Part shown: piece after piece, positions 1-7,339 of the stretch
Layout of the letters: every line of letters begins with the position of its first letter
Position numbering within the stretch: position 1 is the first letter of the stretch
DNA from: a virus
DNA length: 13,465 bases
Reading direction: 5' to 3' (one strand)
UHGV virus genome: UHGV-2124687
The notes under the pieces: model-generated
Database searches by the model: none
Told to the model about the DNA's origin: nothing
Seen by the model: the letters and a program-made list of their open reading frames with translations, nothing else
Position numbers and translations under genes: made by a program

Positions 1-1472
1 GTGGTGGCGATATCTATGATCAGCAGCGGGGTTACTTCAGCGATGAGGTGGCCGGTGCAGGTAACTACGCCTTCCGCTTCTTCTTTACCCATAATGTCAG
101 TACGTCCGGAAAGCAGGTCGTTCAGCGCGTGAGCAATCTCAATTTCGCGGGCATCCATCGGCAACCGATCGTCTTCATGATCGGTCACTTCCGTTTTTTC
201 ACCTTCATTTGAGGCGCTATTGGCAAATGCCGCCTCCAGCTCTCTGTCGAGTTCCGCAGCGCGAGCAGGGCAGACTGCTGGTAATTCAGTTTTGTCCTGT
301 AAAGTCTGTTCGGTTTGATCATTGTGAGATGTCTCATCAATTTTTTGTGGCAGCGGGGCGGATGTGCGGCCGCAGGCGATATCAACAATCAGCGGATCTG
401 GATTGGCGTGATCTGACTCAGTAAGATTTTTATTGATGTACTCGCGCAGCTTTACGGGGTCGCGGTAGATATCCTCCGGGGAGGATTTAATAAGGGCGAT
501 AATTGCTGCCTTTGAATAATCCAGAATACCGGGCGTGCGGCGGAACTGTTTCCACCAGGCGGTAAAGCGCTCATCGGTGCCGGTTTCTTCCATTTTTTTT
601 GCACGCTCATGAACAGCATGTGGCAGTTCGTAGATGTCGAAATCCATAGCAATACCCAGAATACCAAGGCACGTCTCATGGCGCAGGGTTGCCAGCGTAT
701 GGGGAAGAACGCGATCGGTTTGGTTTCCGCCGCCCAGGGTGCAGCCTGATTCGGTGTGCGTCTCGTTGCCGGTTTCTGCGCTGTCTGTGGTTAATTTGAC
801 GGGTTCGCGTTGCGCGGGCGGAGTTTCGATCCACTTAACAATCGGCCTTTTGAAATCGGGCCATTGTGCCGTTTCTTTGACAGTTGCACGCAGATGCGCC
901 AGCAGTTCTTCCTGACGTTCCGGCAGCAGCGCCAGCACGCGAGATTCCCGGGCGATGGCTTCAGCCATTTCACGAGCAAAACTGCTTTCTTCATCGTTTA
1001 CCAGATCCATTACCTGACCGTATTGATTGGCTGTGATTTCCTCAGCAGGTCCAAACAGCACCAGGCTGGCGGCGCGATAGTTAGCTGGTAACGGTCTTAC
1101 CGCTGTCATTTTCTCTGCGGTTGCACCATCGTTCTGCTGGCCATCATCAGCAAGTTCAGGCTCAACCAGCACGCGTTCAGGTTTGCCAGCTTCAGCATTC
1201 CAGACAATTTCATCTGAGAAAAAATCAGGAGTTAATACGCCCATAAGTTCAGGTCGTGGGACGTCTTCGATGTCCTCCCATACTTTAGGTTTGAAATAAT
1301 CATCAGCAAGTTCTGGTGCAAATTGCAGAAAAATTCCGTGTAACATCACCTGTGCCGCGGATTTATTTTTTGCTCTCACAGCGCCAGCGTAAACGGGAAG
1401 GTCCTTATTTTTATCAAGCGAACCCTTTTTAGGTTCGAGCATTCCAGAAAAAATATTTAATTCAATAGTCAT
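1..1472 (-). CDS. recE: Exodeoxyribonuclease VIII (RecE)-like protein, N-terminal ~490 aa; 3' end lies beyond the left window edge
   Basis: Hand translation of the minus strand from ATG at 1472-1470 (GAGG 6 nt upstream) gives an uninterrupted frame to position 1, starting MTIELNIFSGMLEPKKGSLDKNKDLPVYAGAV and containing ...NKNLTESDHANPDPLIVDIACGRTSAPLPQ..., which matches my recollection of the E. coli RecE N-terminal region. Not in the ORF track because no stop is in the window. Identity is from memory, not a search. Confidence 0.55.
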   Translation of the reverse strand, partial: MTIELNIFSGMLEPKKGSLDKNKDLPVYAGAVRAKNKSAAQVMLHGIFLQFAPELADDYFKPKVWEDIEDVPRPELMGVLTPDFFSDEIVWNAEAGKPERVLVEPELADDGQQNDGATAEKMTAVRPLPANYRAASLVLFGPAEEITANQYGQVMDLVNDEESSFAREMAEAIARESRVLALLPERQEELLAHLRATVKETAQWPDFKRPIVKWIETPPAQREPVKLTTDSAETGNETHTESGCTLGGGNQTDRVLPHTLATLRHETCLGILGIAMDFDIYELPHAVHERAKKMEETGTDERFTAWWKQFRRTPGILDYSKAAIIALIKSSPEDIYRDPVKLREYINKNLTESDHANPDPLIVDIACGRTSAPLPQKIDETSHNDQTEQTLQDKTELPAVCPARAAELDRELEAAFANSASNEGEKTEVTDHEDDRLPMDAREIEIAHALNDLLSGRTDIMGKEEAEGVVTCTGHLIAEVTPLLIIDIAT

Positions 1473-1479
1473 AACAACC

Positions 1480-1680
1480 TCAATAATGTTTATGTGAATG
1501 GCGCGCATTGCCTCTGCTTAAATTGCAGCGCCGCGGTTCATGAATTTGTTTGTAGGAGATAGCATGCTCAAGGCTACAGAAATAAGCAGTCACTACTCTC
1601 TTATGCATTCTCTTTGTTGATTTATACATGGAGTCATCAGAACTCCATTTTTTGCAATACGGACAGCACTCAAGTGTCAC
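1480..1680 (-). CDS. Hypothetical small Cys/His-rich protein (66 aa), GTG start
   Basis: ORF-track ORF; GGAGGG immediately upstream of the GTG, but spacing is short and composition is unusual. Could be spurious. Confidence 0.25.
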   Translation of the reverse strand: MTLECCPYCKKWSSDDSMYKSTKRMHKRVVTAYFCSLEHAISYKQIHEPRRCNLSRGNARHSHKHY

Positions 1681-1805
1681 TTACCCTCCCTGCATGGCTG
1701 GCTATGACAGGGCCATCATTGATAGATATAGTTAGCCCTGCCAGTTAAGACATAAATAAAAACTCTCTTAATTGTTTGAAGTTATTGAAGGGGGTAAATA
1801 AAAGT

Positions 1806-1991
1806 TCAGCGTAAAAATTCGCTAATATTAACCCTCTGGTCGTTAACTATTTTGGTCATTACTTTGATGAAACACATATCCAGCACCGCTTCATCTTTGT
1901 ATTTTTGAACGCCGGTTATATCAGCCACAGCTTTTTTATATTCAGCTTCAGCTGTGCGCCGGACAATATCTTCTCTGGTAAATTTAACCAT
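1806..1991 (-). CDS. Hypothetical early-left operon protein (61 aa, MVKFTREDIVRRTAEAEYKK...)
   Basis: Internal ATG of ORF 1806..2063; start overlaps the stop of the upstream gene by 8 nt (ATGGTTAA), suggesting coupling. Position matches the small kil/racC-like genes of Rac-type prophages. Confidence 0.45.
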   Translation of the reverse strand: MVKFTREDIVRRTAEAEYKKAVADITGVQKYKDEAVLDMCFIKVMTKIVNDQRVNISEFLR

Positions 1992-2178
1992 TGGCACGCA
2001 CCATCCTGAGTAAAGATTCCGTGTGATCGAGAGCTGCCTTCTGTTGTTCGTAAAGTGCTTCAAGTTCAGTTGTAAGGCGGTCGCGAAAAACAGGAACGCT
2101 TAACTGATAAATAAAATTATTTACTGAGCTTTCCACATCAGGATCCTCGTCCGGTATAACTGGCTGTGAATTTTTCAT
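1984..2178 (-). CDS. Hypothetical early-left operon protein (64 aa, MKNSQPVIPDEDPDVESS...)
   Basis: Internal ATG of ORF 1984..2244 with GGAGGG just upstream; same strand and operon context as recE. Confidence 0.45.
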   Translation of the reverse strand: MKNSQPVIPDEDPDVESSVNNFIYQLSVPVFRDRLTTELEALYEQQKAALDHTESLLRMVRANG

Positions 2179-2255
2179 AAACCCTCCGGTAAAAAAGGTG
2201 CCCATTGTGGGAGATGGGCAAAGACCACGCGGCACACACAGCAATTAATCACATC

Positions 2256-2321
2256 TGCAAGCGCACTCCGCCTGTTTCACGCCTGTCACCCATAACTGGT
2301 AAGTGAAGGAGTGCGCTTGCA
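2256..2321. repeat. Perfect 14-bp inverted repeat (TGCAAGCGCACTCC / GGAGTGCGCTTGCA) with a 38-nt spacer
   Basis: Read directly; spacer holds a short direct repeat GCCTGTTTCAC / GCCTGTCAC. Lies in the untranslated stretch at the 5' end of the early-left gene block. Confidence 0.6.
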
Positions 2322-2467
2322 TGTTGCGCCCTGAAAAAGGCTGGCGGTTACCGGAAATACACGGGAAAACACCGGGCCGCCAGAACAGGGGTCTACTTCT
2401 TATTGCTTTAGCCTGCTTTTAACCACATCAGGCGCGGTGGATCCTGCTATTCCCCAACAGTCAGGAA

Positions 2468-2476
2468 TGCGATAAT
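2468..2476 (+). promoter_or_regulatory. Candidate extended -10 element (TGcGATAAT) for the plus-strand accessory gene
   Basis: TG-n-GATAAT about 20 nt upstream of the GAGG and TTG at 2495; no good -35. Confidence 0.3.
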
Positions 2477-2494
2477 CTGGACATCCGAGGTAGA

Positions 2495-2809
2495 TTGATC
2501 AGATGGTCAATCATCAGCCAATTCAATTGCAAAGGCACATCGACCATGGTTTCACTTATTCGAAATAAAGGTAATACATCCACGGGTGTGCACATGCTTC
2601 AAAGGTCTGGCAAGCAATTCAAATTCCGCTGCGATATGGATACTTTGAAACGCCTGACATCTAGAAGCGTCAAACCAGAATTTGAGTATCTTTTTCGTAA
2701 GCGAACTGATGGCGTTTATCATTCAGAACTTTTTGATTCAATTGAAGAAGGAAAAATTGTTCTTTGTCAGTTTGTTCAAAGAGTTACTGGAGAACCATGT
2801 ACCGCCTGA
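2495..2809 (+). CDS. Hypothetical protein, AT-rich accessory gene in the rexAB/sieB-equivalent position (104 aa from TTG; 87 aa if ATG at 2546)
   Basis: ORF-track ORF on the opposite strand to both neighbours; GAGG 4 nt before the TTG; strong intrinsic terminator ~55 nt downstream; low GC relative to flanks. No family recognised. Confidence 0.4.
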   Translation: MIRWSIISQFNCKGTSTMVSLIRNKGNTSTGVHMLQRSGKQFKFRCDMDTLKRLTSRSVKPEFEYLFRKRTDGVYHSELFDSIEEGKIVLCQFVQRVTGEPCTA

Positions 2810-2863
2810 ATATTGGTTAACTCAGCTACCTATGATCAGAATGTCCAGATTATTAAAGAGCGA

Positions 2864-2892
2864 AGCGTCCAGTAGGGCGCTTTTTTGTTTTT
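2864..2892 (+). terminator. Rho-independent terminator
   Basis: Stem AGCGUCC / GGGCGCU (one G-U pair), loop AGUA, then UUUUUUGUUUUU. No U-run on the other strand, so plus-strand specific. Confidence 0.6.
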
Positions 2893-3053
2893 GGCCCTGT
2901 ATCGCCAGGGTAAGCGGAACATTTGATTCTGAGTAATCACTGCGTGTGGTTACTTGATGGAATAAGGTTAAGATTGCTAACCAAGTTTGGCAAGTTGTTT
3001 TTGGTAATAAAACTAAACAAAAGAGACGTAAGAAGATAACTTACTGAAAAAGG

Positions 3054-3461
3054 TTATTTTTTTTCTGTTCGTTTGCGGGCTTTTAGGAGTTCTTCGAAGA
3101 GCTGGTTGAAGTTTTCAACTCGAGCCCGGAGATTTTGGATTTGAGCTTGTTGCTCTGATTCTGGCAAAGAGCGATAGAGCTCAAGCATCTCTTGTTCATC
3201 AACGCTTAAAGTTCTCTGCTCTTCAATTGAGACTGGTTCTGCAGGAGTCTGGTCTTCATCACCAAACAAAATCCAAGTAGGGCTGCACTGGAGCACCTTA
3301 GCAAGTGCATGCAGGTTCTTACCTGAAGGCTCTGTGTTGTCACTTTCCCATAGCGAAATAGTGGCGTGCGATATCCCGAGAGCTTTTCCAAGATCTCGCT
3401 GCGTTAACCCAACATCTTTGCGTCGACGTAATACTCGACGACCTAAAGTTTCACTATTCAT
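3054..3461 (-). CDS. dicA: DicA-like HTH (XRE-family) prophage repressor, 135 aa
   Basis: Translation has an N-terminal HTH (GLTQRDLGKALGISHATISLWE) and the tail ...AKVLQCSPTWILFGDED...LPESEQ...RARVENFNQLFEELLKARKRTEKK, closely matching my recollection of E. coli DicA (same length). Divergent from a Cro-like gene. Confidence 0.9.
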   Translation of the reverse strand: MNSETLGRRVLRRRKDVGLTQRDLGKALGISHATISLWESDNTEPSGKNLHALAKVLQCSPTWILFGDEDQTPAEPVSIEEQRTLSVDEQEMLELYRSLPESEQQAQIQNLRARVENFNQLFEELLKARKRTEKK

Positions 3462-3474
3462 GTTTAGATATCTT

Positions 3475-3496
3475 AATTCTTCTTGACTAAAGAATT
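3475..3496. promoter_or_regulatory. Candidate operator: inverted repeat AATTCTT-N8-AAGAATT with TTGACT in the spacer
   Basis: Read directly in the 82-bp divergent intergenic region; TTGACT at 3483-3488 is a -35-like hexamer pointing toward the Cro-like gene. Binding not established. Confidence 0.4.
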
Positions 3497-3543
3497 CTCA
3501 CCAAATAACCTTGTTAAATAAACTCAACAAACGAGGTTGCTTA

Positions 3544-3783
3544 ATGTACAAAATTGATGCCGTGAAATTTTTCGGCACAAACACTCAAGTGGCACATGTT
3601 GCTGGCGTCGACCGCTCTGCTGTAAGTCAATGGAAAGAACTTGTTCCCGAGCGCTGTGCTCAGCGTCTCTCTGATGCCTCAAATGGCGCACTCATCTACG
3701 ACAAAGACGTTTATGACCGTTACCGCCAGGCCAAACGCCTTGGTAAACAGAATACCTGCATAACCAAGAAGGAATCTGATTGA
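3544..3783 (+). CDS. ydaS: YdaS-like Cro-type HTH protein, 79 aa
   Basis: ATG at 3544 with GAGG 7 nt upstream; motif AHVAGVDRSAVSQWKELVPERCAQRLSDAS matches the YdaS/Cro-like pattern; divergent from the repressor; stop overlaps the next start (TGATG). Confidence 0.75.
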   Translation: MYKIDAVKFFGTNTQVAHVAGVDRSAVSQWKELVPERCAQRLSDASNGALIYDKDVYDRYRQAKRLGKQNTCITKKESD

Positions 3784-4259
3784 TGAAAATCAACGAGATT
3801 AAATTGCTGGCCATCGAGCTGGAAGAGTGGGCGATGAAGGATGGCAGGAAAGGGGGCTGGAAAAAGATAGTCCCGCTGATTACAGCGCATCACTACGGTG
3901 ATTTGCTGGACAGCCTGACAGATATCGTGGACCCGTCAGAGTATGTGCGCCGCCTGCATAACAACACGCAGATCATCCAGCGGGCATTTCGAAATGACAC
4001 ACCGAACTATCGTGGCCAGGCAGCTGCGCTGGCGCCAGCAATCAAAGCTGCGATGGATGCAGAGCTGGCTGGTCAGCATGACTTACATAACCTGGTGGCC
4101 ATTGCGAACCGCGAGTGCATCGAGGCGACCAGTGCAGTGCTGACTGGTAAGCCAATGCAGGTAATCCGCAAAGAAACGGCAGAGGCAATTCAGGCTCTGG
4201 CCGATCTCATCCCCGGCGTCAGCATTCAGTTCAACCATATTGGTCCACGCGCGGCGTAA
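3783..4259 (+). CDS. ydaT: YdaT-like protein, 158 aa
   Basis: Translationally coupled immediately downstream of the YdaS-like gene, as in Rac racR-ydaS-ydaT; the family call rests on position and general similarity from memory. Confidence 0.55.
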   Translation: MKINEIKLLAIELEEWAMKDGRKGGWKKIVPLITAHHYGDLLDSLTDIVDPSEYVRRLHNNTQIIQRAFRNDTPNYRGQAAALAPAIKAAMDAELAGQHDLHNLVAIANRECIEATSAVLTGKPMQVIRKETAEAIQALADLIPGVSIQFNHIGPRAA

Positions 4260-4271
4260 CAGGAGGCTCCC

Positions 4272-4514
4272 ATGCTTGCCCAGGAATTAGTAGACCGCAT
4301 GAAAAATGCGATGAAGCACAAAGTACCGGCGGAGACAGTCGATCGCAGCGCTGAAATGATTCCGGGGATGAAATACCGCAACGAACGCGGACGCATGGTG
4401 ACGGTAATGAGAGTTTCTCATCTTCGGGTTATGTACCGATACGAAGGTTATCAGGACATCTGCGAGACCAGCCGCAGAGAGTTTGATTTGAAATTTAGAA
4501 AGGTGCAGTCGTGA
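4272..4514 (+). CDS. Hypothetical protein, 80 aa
   Basis: AGGAGG 6 nt upstream of the ATG; stop overlaps the GTG start of the replication gene (GTGA). Confidence 0.6.
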   Translation: MLAQELVDRMKNAMKHKVPAETVDRSAEMIPGMKYRNERGRMVTVMRVSHLRVMYRYEGYQDICETSRREFDLKFRKVQS

Positions 4515-5605
4515 GCAGCAAATTACACGGTCTTGTATGGGAAGGGTGCGCTCCTGCTGGATTGGGAATTTCCCGCGTTGCGCTTATGGCCCGCCTGGCT
4601 GATTACAGCAATGCTGACGGCATATCGTGGCCAGCGATTGAGACGCTCAGGATTGAGATCGGCGCTAAAAGCGATACGACAATAAAAACTGCTTTAGCTG
4701 AGCTTGTTAAGGGCGGCTGGATTAAAAAAACAGAACGCAAGCTGGGTGGAAGAAATCTGACAAATGTTTATCAGATTGATATCGCAAAACTCGAAGAAGC
4801 GGCAGCAGAGGGGCGTAAAAAAATACGGGAAGAGAGAGCCAAAAAGAAAGGTTCCCGTTGCCTGCCAGCAGGGCAGGAAGATAAGGCGTCAATTTTTGAC
4901 CCGTCAAATAATGACCCCTTAAAAGAGGATGGTAAGGGGGCAGATTTTGACCCGTCAAAAATTGAGGGGTCAAAAATTGGTGAAAACAGCGATTTAACCC
5001 CCCCAAAAATTGACCCCGATCCGTCATTAAAACCTGATCCGTCATTAAACCCCACACATAACACGCGAGGGGGAGAGGTCGAACCAGTTCATAACAATCC
5101 GGTTCCTGAATATCCCGGACAGCCTGGTATGAATTTTCCCGCCGGAGAGTCATTTGGGAAGGTCCCAATGACCATTGACTGGAAACCGTCGGCTGACTTT
5201 CGCCAGCGCGTTGGATTCTGGGGCATAACGATCCCGGATGGACTGAACCTCAGAGGCGAGCTGAACAGCTTCATTGCCTACTGGCAGCCAGAGAATAAAG
5301 TTTTTTACCAGTCGCAGTGGGAGCAGAAATTTGCCCGCCACCTGCAACAGGCCAAACCCACTAAACCGCGAGGTAACTCACATGCAGGACTGGATCCAAA
5401 CTCCACAGCAAACGCAGCTGTACAGCGAGCACGCGCAGCACACGCTGCACAACTCCGCGCTCGAGGAGAAGGCGTGGAAGTTCTGGGTTCTCATGCTGGA
5501 AATATACTCCAGCCGGTGGGAAACCAAAAACGGATCGGCTCCGTCGGACCTATGGATTGCTCAGATTGGGAATTTGACCAGCGACCGGATGACGAGCGTC
5601 TGTAA
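4511..5605 (+). CDS. Replication initiator (O-like): N-terminal DNA-binding domain, low-complexity linker, DnaT-like C-terminal domain
   Basis: GTG start coupled to the upstream gene; C-terminal block PMTIDWKPSADFRQRVGFWGITIPDGLNLRGELNSFIAYWQPENKVFYQSQWEQKFARHLQQAKP resembles the DnaT C-terminal domain. The last ~74 codons overlap the P-like gene out of frame and are Ala/Arg-rich, so the true 3' end is uncertain. Confidence 0.7.
   Translation: MSSKLHGLVWEGCAPAGLGISRVALMARLADYSNADGISWPAIETLRIEIGAKSDTTIKTALAELVKGGWIKKTERKLGGRNLTNVYQIDIAKLEEAAAEGRKKIREERAKKKGSRCLPAGQEDKASIFDPSNNDPLKEDGKGADFDPSKIEGSKIGENSDLTPPKIDPDPSLKPDPSLNPTHNTRGGEVEPVHNNPVPEYPGQPGMNFPAGESFGKVPMTIDWKPSADFRQRVGFWGITIPDGLNLRGELNSFIAYWQPENKVFYQSQWEQKFARHLQQAKPTKPRGNSHAGLDPNSTANAAVQRARAAHAAQLRARGEGVEVLGSHAGNILQPVGNQKRIGSVGPMDCSDWEFDQRPDDERL
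4893..5049. repeat. Iteron-like repeat cluster inside the initiator gene; candidate replication origin
   Basis: TTTTGACCCGTCAAA at 4894 and 4945, related TTGAGGGGTCAAAA at 4962, TTGACCCC at 5010, and GATCCGTCATTAAA twice (5018, 5035). Falls in the low-complexity linker coding region, as the lambda origin does in O. Confidence 0.55.
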
Positions 5606-6044
5606 CGCGATGGTTGATCGCTGTGCGGCGGGTAATTCATGGCCACCTGACCTGGCTGAGTTCGTGACGCTGGTGGCTGACTGTGACGGCGGGAAGCTTG
5701 GACTGAAGGTTTCGGACGTTATGGCGGAATACAGGAACTGGCGCAACGAATCTTACCGTTACGCCAGCACTGAGGAATATTTCATTGACCGCAAATGTAA
5801 TCCGGTCCTGTACCAGATTTGCACCGAACTTCGCCGAACTGGTGTTGAGCGACAAATGACCCAACCCGAGCTGGAGAGACTGGCTGCGGACCAACTGGTG
5901 AAGTGGGAAAAACACCTGGAGGATGGCAAGCCGATCCCTCCGGTAAGAAAACAGATTGCGGCGCCGCGCCATCCGGCAGGACCGACACCCGCGCAGCAGC
6001 TGCTTGAAGAATACAAACGCCGTAAAGCGGCTGGCTTAATTTAA
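5382..6044 (+). CDS. Lambda-P-like replication protein (helicase loader), 220 aa from ATG 5382
   Basis: GAGG 8 nt upstream of the ATG at 5382; segments LWIAQIGNLTSDRMTSVCNAMVDRCAAGNSWPPDLAEFVTLV and ELERLAADQLVKWEKHLEDGKPIPPVRKQ parallel recalled lambda P regions. Confidence 0.7.
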   Translation: MQDWIQTPQQTQLYSEHAQHTLHNSALEEKAWKFWVLMLEIYSSRWETKNGSAPSDLWIAQIGNLTSDRMTSVCNAMVDRCAAGNSWPPDLAEFVTLVADCDGGKLGLKVSDVMAEYRNWRNESYRYASTEEYFIDRKCNPVLYQICTELRRTGVERQMTQPELERLAADQLVKWEKHLEDGKPIPPVRKQIAAPRHPAGPTPAQQLLEEYKRRKAAGLI

Positions 6045-6057
6045 TCTGGAGAATTTT

Positions 6058-6720
6058 ATGGATACCATTTTAGACGTACTGAAAGCGATGGAAAAAGCGA
6101 CTGCCCGTGAAATTGCGGCACGTATGAAAATTGAGCCTGCGGCGGTGATCGGGATGCTGCGTGAACACGAAGAACGTAACGAGGTTATTCAGGTTAACGG
6201 GTATTGGAAGGTTTCTACCGGGGAAGTTAAATCACAGCCAAAAGCGATCAGTTCTTTCAGCAAAGCGCCGGTAAGTGTATCAGTCAGCGACGTCATCGCA
6301 TTACTGGCGGAACATGGGCCACAGACATCCCTTGAGCTGGCAACACTGGCAGGTATTGAGTCAAAACGTGTGGCGCCAATGCTGACTCACCACATGACAA
6401 AAGGGCGGATCATCCGCGAAAAAGTAGGCAGCAAGTTTGTTTATTCGGTGCCGGCCACTGCGTCAGTGAAAAACAAAAGCTCTGCACCACGGGAACCGGA
6501 AACATCAACACCACTGGTACCAGAAAAATCTGTCACTGAAATTGTTGAGGAAATCCCCGCTTTCGTCAGCCGTCCTGATGATCTGCTGATCCCAACGGTA
6601 CGCGGTATCTCAAGTGAAATTCGGCGCACAAAAGCGAAGCTGGCTAACCTGGAAAAACTTCGTGAAGCCGTTCGCAGCATTCGCAAACACGGTGCGCTGA
6701 TGCAGGAGCTGGTGCAATGA
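6058..6720 (+). CDS. Phage protein with two winged-helix-like segments (DUF1627-like), 220 aa
   Basis: GGAGA upstream of the ATG; two helix-turn-helix-like stretches (DVLKAMEKATAREIAARM...; SDVIALLAEHGPQTSLELATLAGI...). Family name from memory. Confidence 0.55.
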   Translation: MDTILDVLKAMEKATAREIAARMKIEPAAVIGMLREHEERNEVIQVNGYWKVSTGEVKSQPKAISSFSKAPVSVSVSDVIALLAEHGPQTSLELATLAGIESKRVAPMLTHHMTKGRIIREKVGSKFVYSVPATASVKNKSSAPREPETSTPLVPEKSVTEIVEEIPAFVSRPDDLLIPTVRGISSEIRRTKAKLANLEKLREAVRSIRKHGALMQELVQ

Positions 6721-6926
6721 AACAGTCTGAGTTACCACGCTGTCCGACCTGCGGAAATATGCCCGAATACGCGCTAAAGCCTAACTATATGGGTTGGGTA
6801 TGGGGTGGATTGAAATGCCCGTATGACCATTATCGTGTGAATTTGAATGGTCCAGCCGCTAGCCGCGCACAGGCAGAGAAAAAGCTGGCGCCACAGTGGA
6901 TTGAACTTGTCGAAAAAATAAACTAG
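6717..6926 (+). CDS. Small zinc-ribbon-like protein, possibly Lar-family restriction alleviation, 69 aa
   Basis: ATGA start/stop overlap with the upstream gene; CPTCG motif plus a downstream C and H. Lar assignment is tentative. Confidence 0.5.
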   Translation: MKQSELPRCPTCGNMPEYALKPNYMGWVWGGLKCPYDHYRVNLNGPAASRAQAEKKLAPQWIELVEKIN

Positions 6927-6937
6927 GGAAAAACAGC

Positions 6938-7270
6938 ATGAAACCAACCTACTGGGGACTAGCAGCACAACTCGCTAAGGCTGAGAGCAAGTACAGGGAA
7001 TTGGTAGCGGAGAATGGACATGCGCGTAGACGACATATATTTATCCGTGCTCTGGCGGTTTTGATTCTTGAGCATAGTGGCGGCCGTATAAACTGGCGTG
7101 GTGCGATGGAAGACGCCGGGCACTACCCGGCGCATCAATTGCCATTATTTGCCAGAGATCACTCCCCAGGAATGTTGGCCAACTCCAAAAGCAAATGCCA
7201 AGAAAATAAGTCCAGACCAACGCTCAATCCCTTCCGCCATTATGAGCATCGCTATTCCTATGCCTGCTAA
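6938..7270 (+). CDS. Hypothetical protein; 3' part doubtful
   Basis: ORF-track ORF with a weak RBS; the last ~125 nt overlap the convergent membrane-protein ORF and translate to low-complexity sequence, so it may be shorter or degraded. Confidence 0.3.
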   Translation: MKPTYWGLAAQLAKAESKYRELVAENGHARRRHIFIRALAVLILEHSGGRINWRGAMEDAGHYPAHQLPLFARDHSPGMLANSKSKCQENKSRPTLNPFRHYEHRYSYAC

Positions 7271-7339
7271 TGGAATACCTAATATGATGAAGAGGAGCAC
7301 CGAACAGATAACTTGGGTTGTCGTGGGTTGATGAGACAT
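7145..7339 (-). CDS. Small hydrophobic protein, 64 aa, two predicted transmembrane segments
   Basis: Two hydrophobic stretches (VICSVLLFIILGIPLAGIGIAMLIMA; GLIFLAFAFGVG); AAAGGTG upstream of the ATG; TATAAT (complement of 7380-7385) ~40 nt upstream in an AT-rich block. Confidence 0.45.
   Translation of the reverse strand: MSHQPTTTQVICSVLLFIILGIPLAGIGIAMLIMAEGIERWSGLIFLAFAFGVGQHSWGVISGK

Noticed and set aside
185-1091. Six short track ORFs (185..388-, 209..424+, 452..679-, 634..915+, 791..994-, 810..1091+)
   Set aside because: All lie within or antisense to the long open recE-like frame and have no convincing RBS; treated as artefacts of a GC-rich coding region.
2682-2936. Plus-strand ORF of 84 aa
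   Set aside because: It overlaps the 2495..2809 ORF in another frame and reads straight through the intrinsic terminator at 2864-2892.
3206-3391. Minus-strand ORF of 61 aa inside the repressor gene
   Set aside because: Alternative frame of the well-supported DicA-like coding sequence.
3943-4143. Plus-strand ORF of 66 aa inside the YdaT-like gene
   Set aside because: Alternative frame of a better-supported gene; Arg/Trp-rich junk composition.
4722-6016. Minus-strand ORFs antisense to the O-like and P-like genes (4722..5168, 4771..5064, 5089..5274, 5150..5347, 5561..5746, 5637..5972, 5759..6016, 5782..5988)
   Set aside because: Mutually overlapping, low-complexity antisense frames of well-supported plus-strand genes.
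6441-6968. Minus-strand ORFs 6441..6686 and 6774..6968
   Set aside because: Antisense to the coupled DUF1627-like and Lar-like genes; no RBS.
7098-7331. Plus-strand ORF of 77 aa
   Set aside because: Antisense to the hydrophobic small-protein ORF and translates to non-protein-like sequence.
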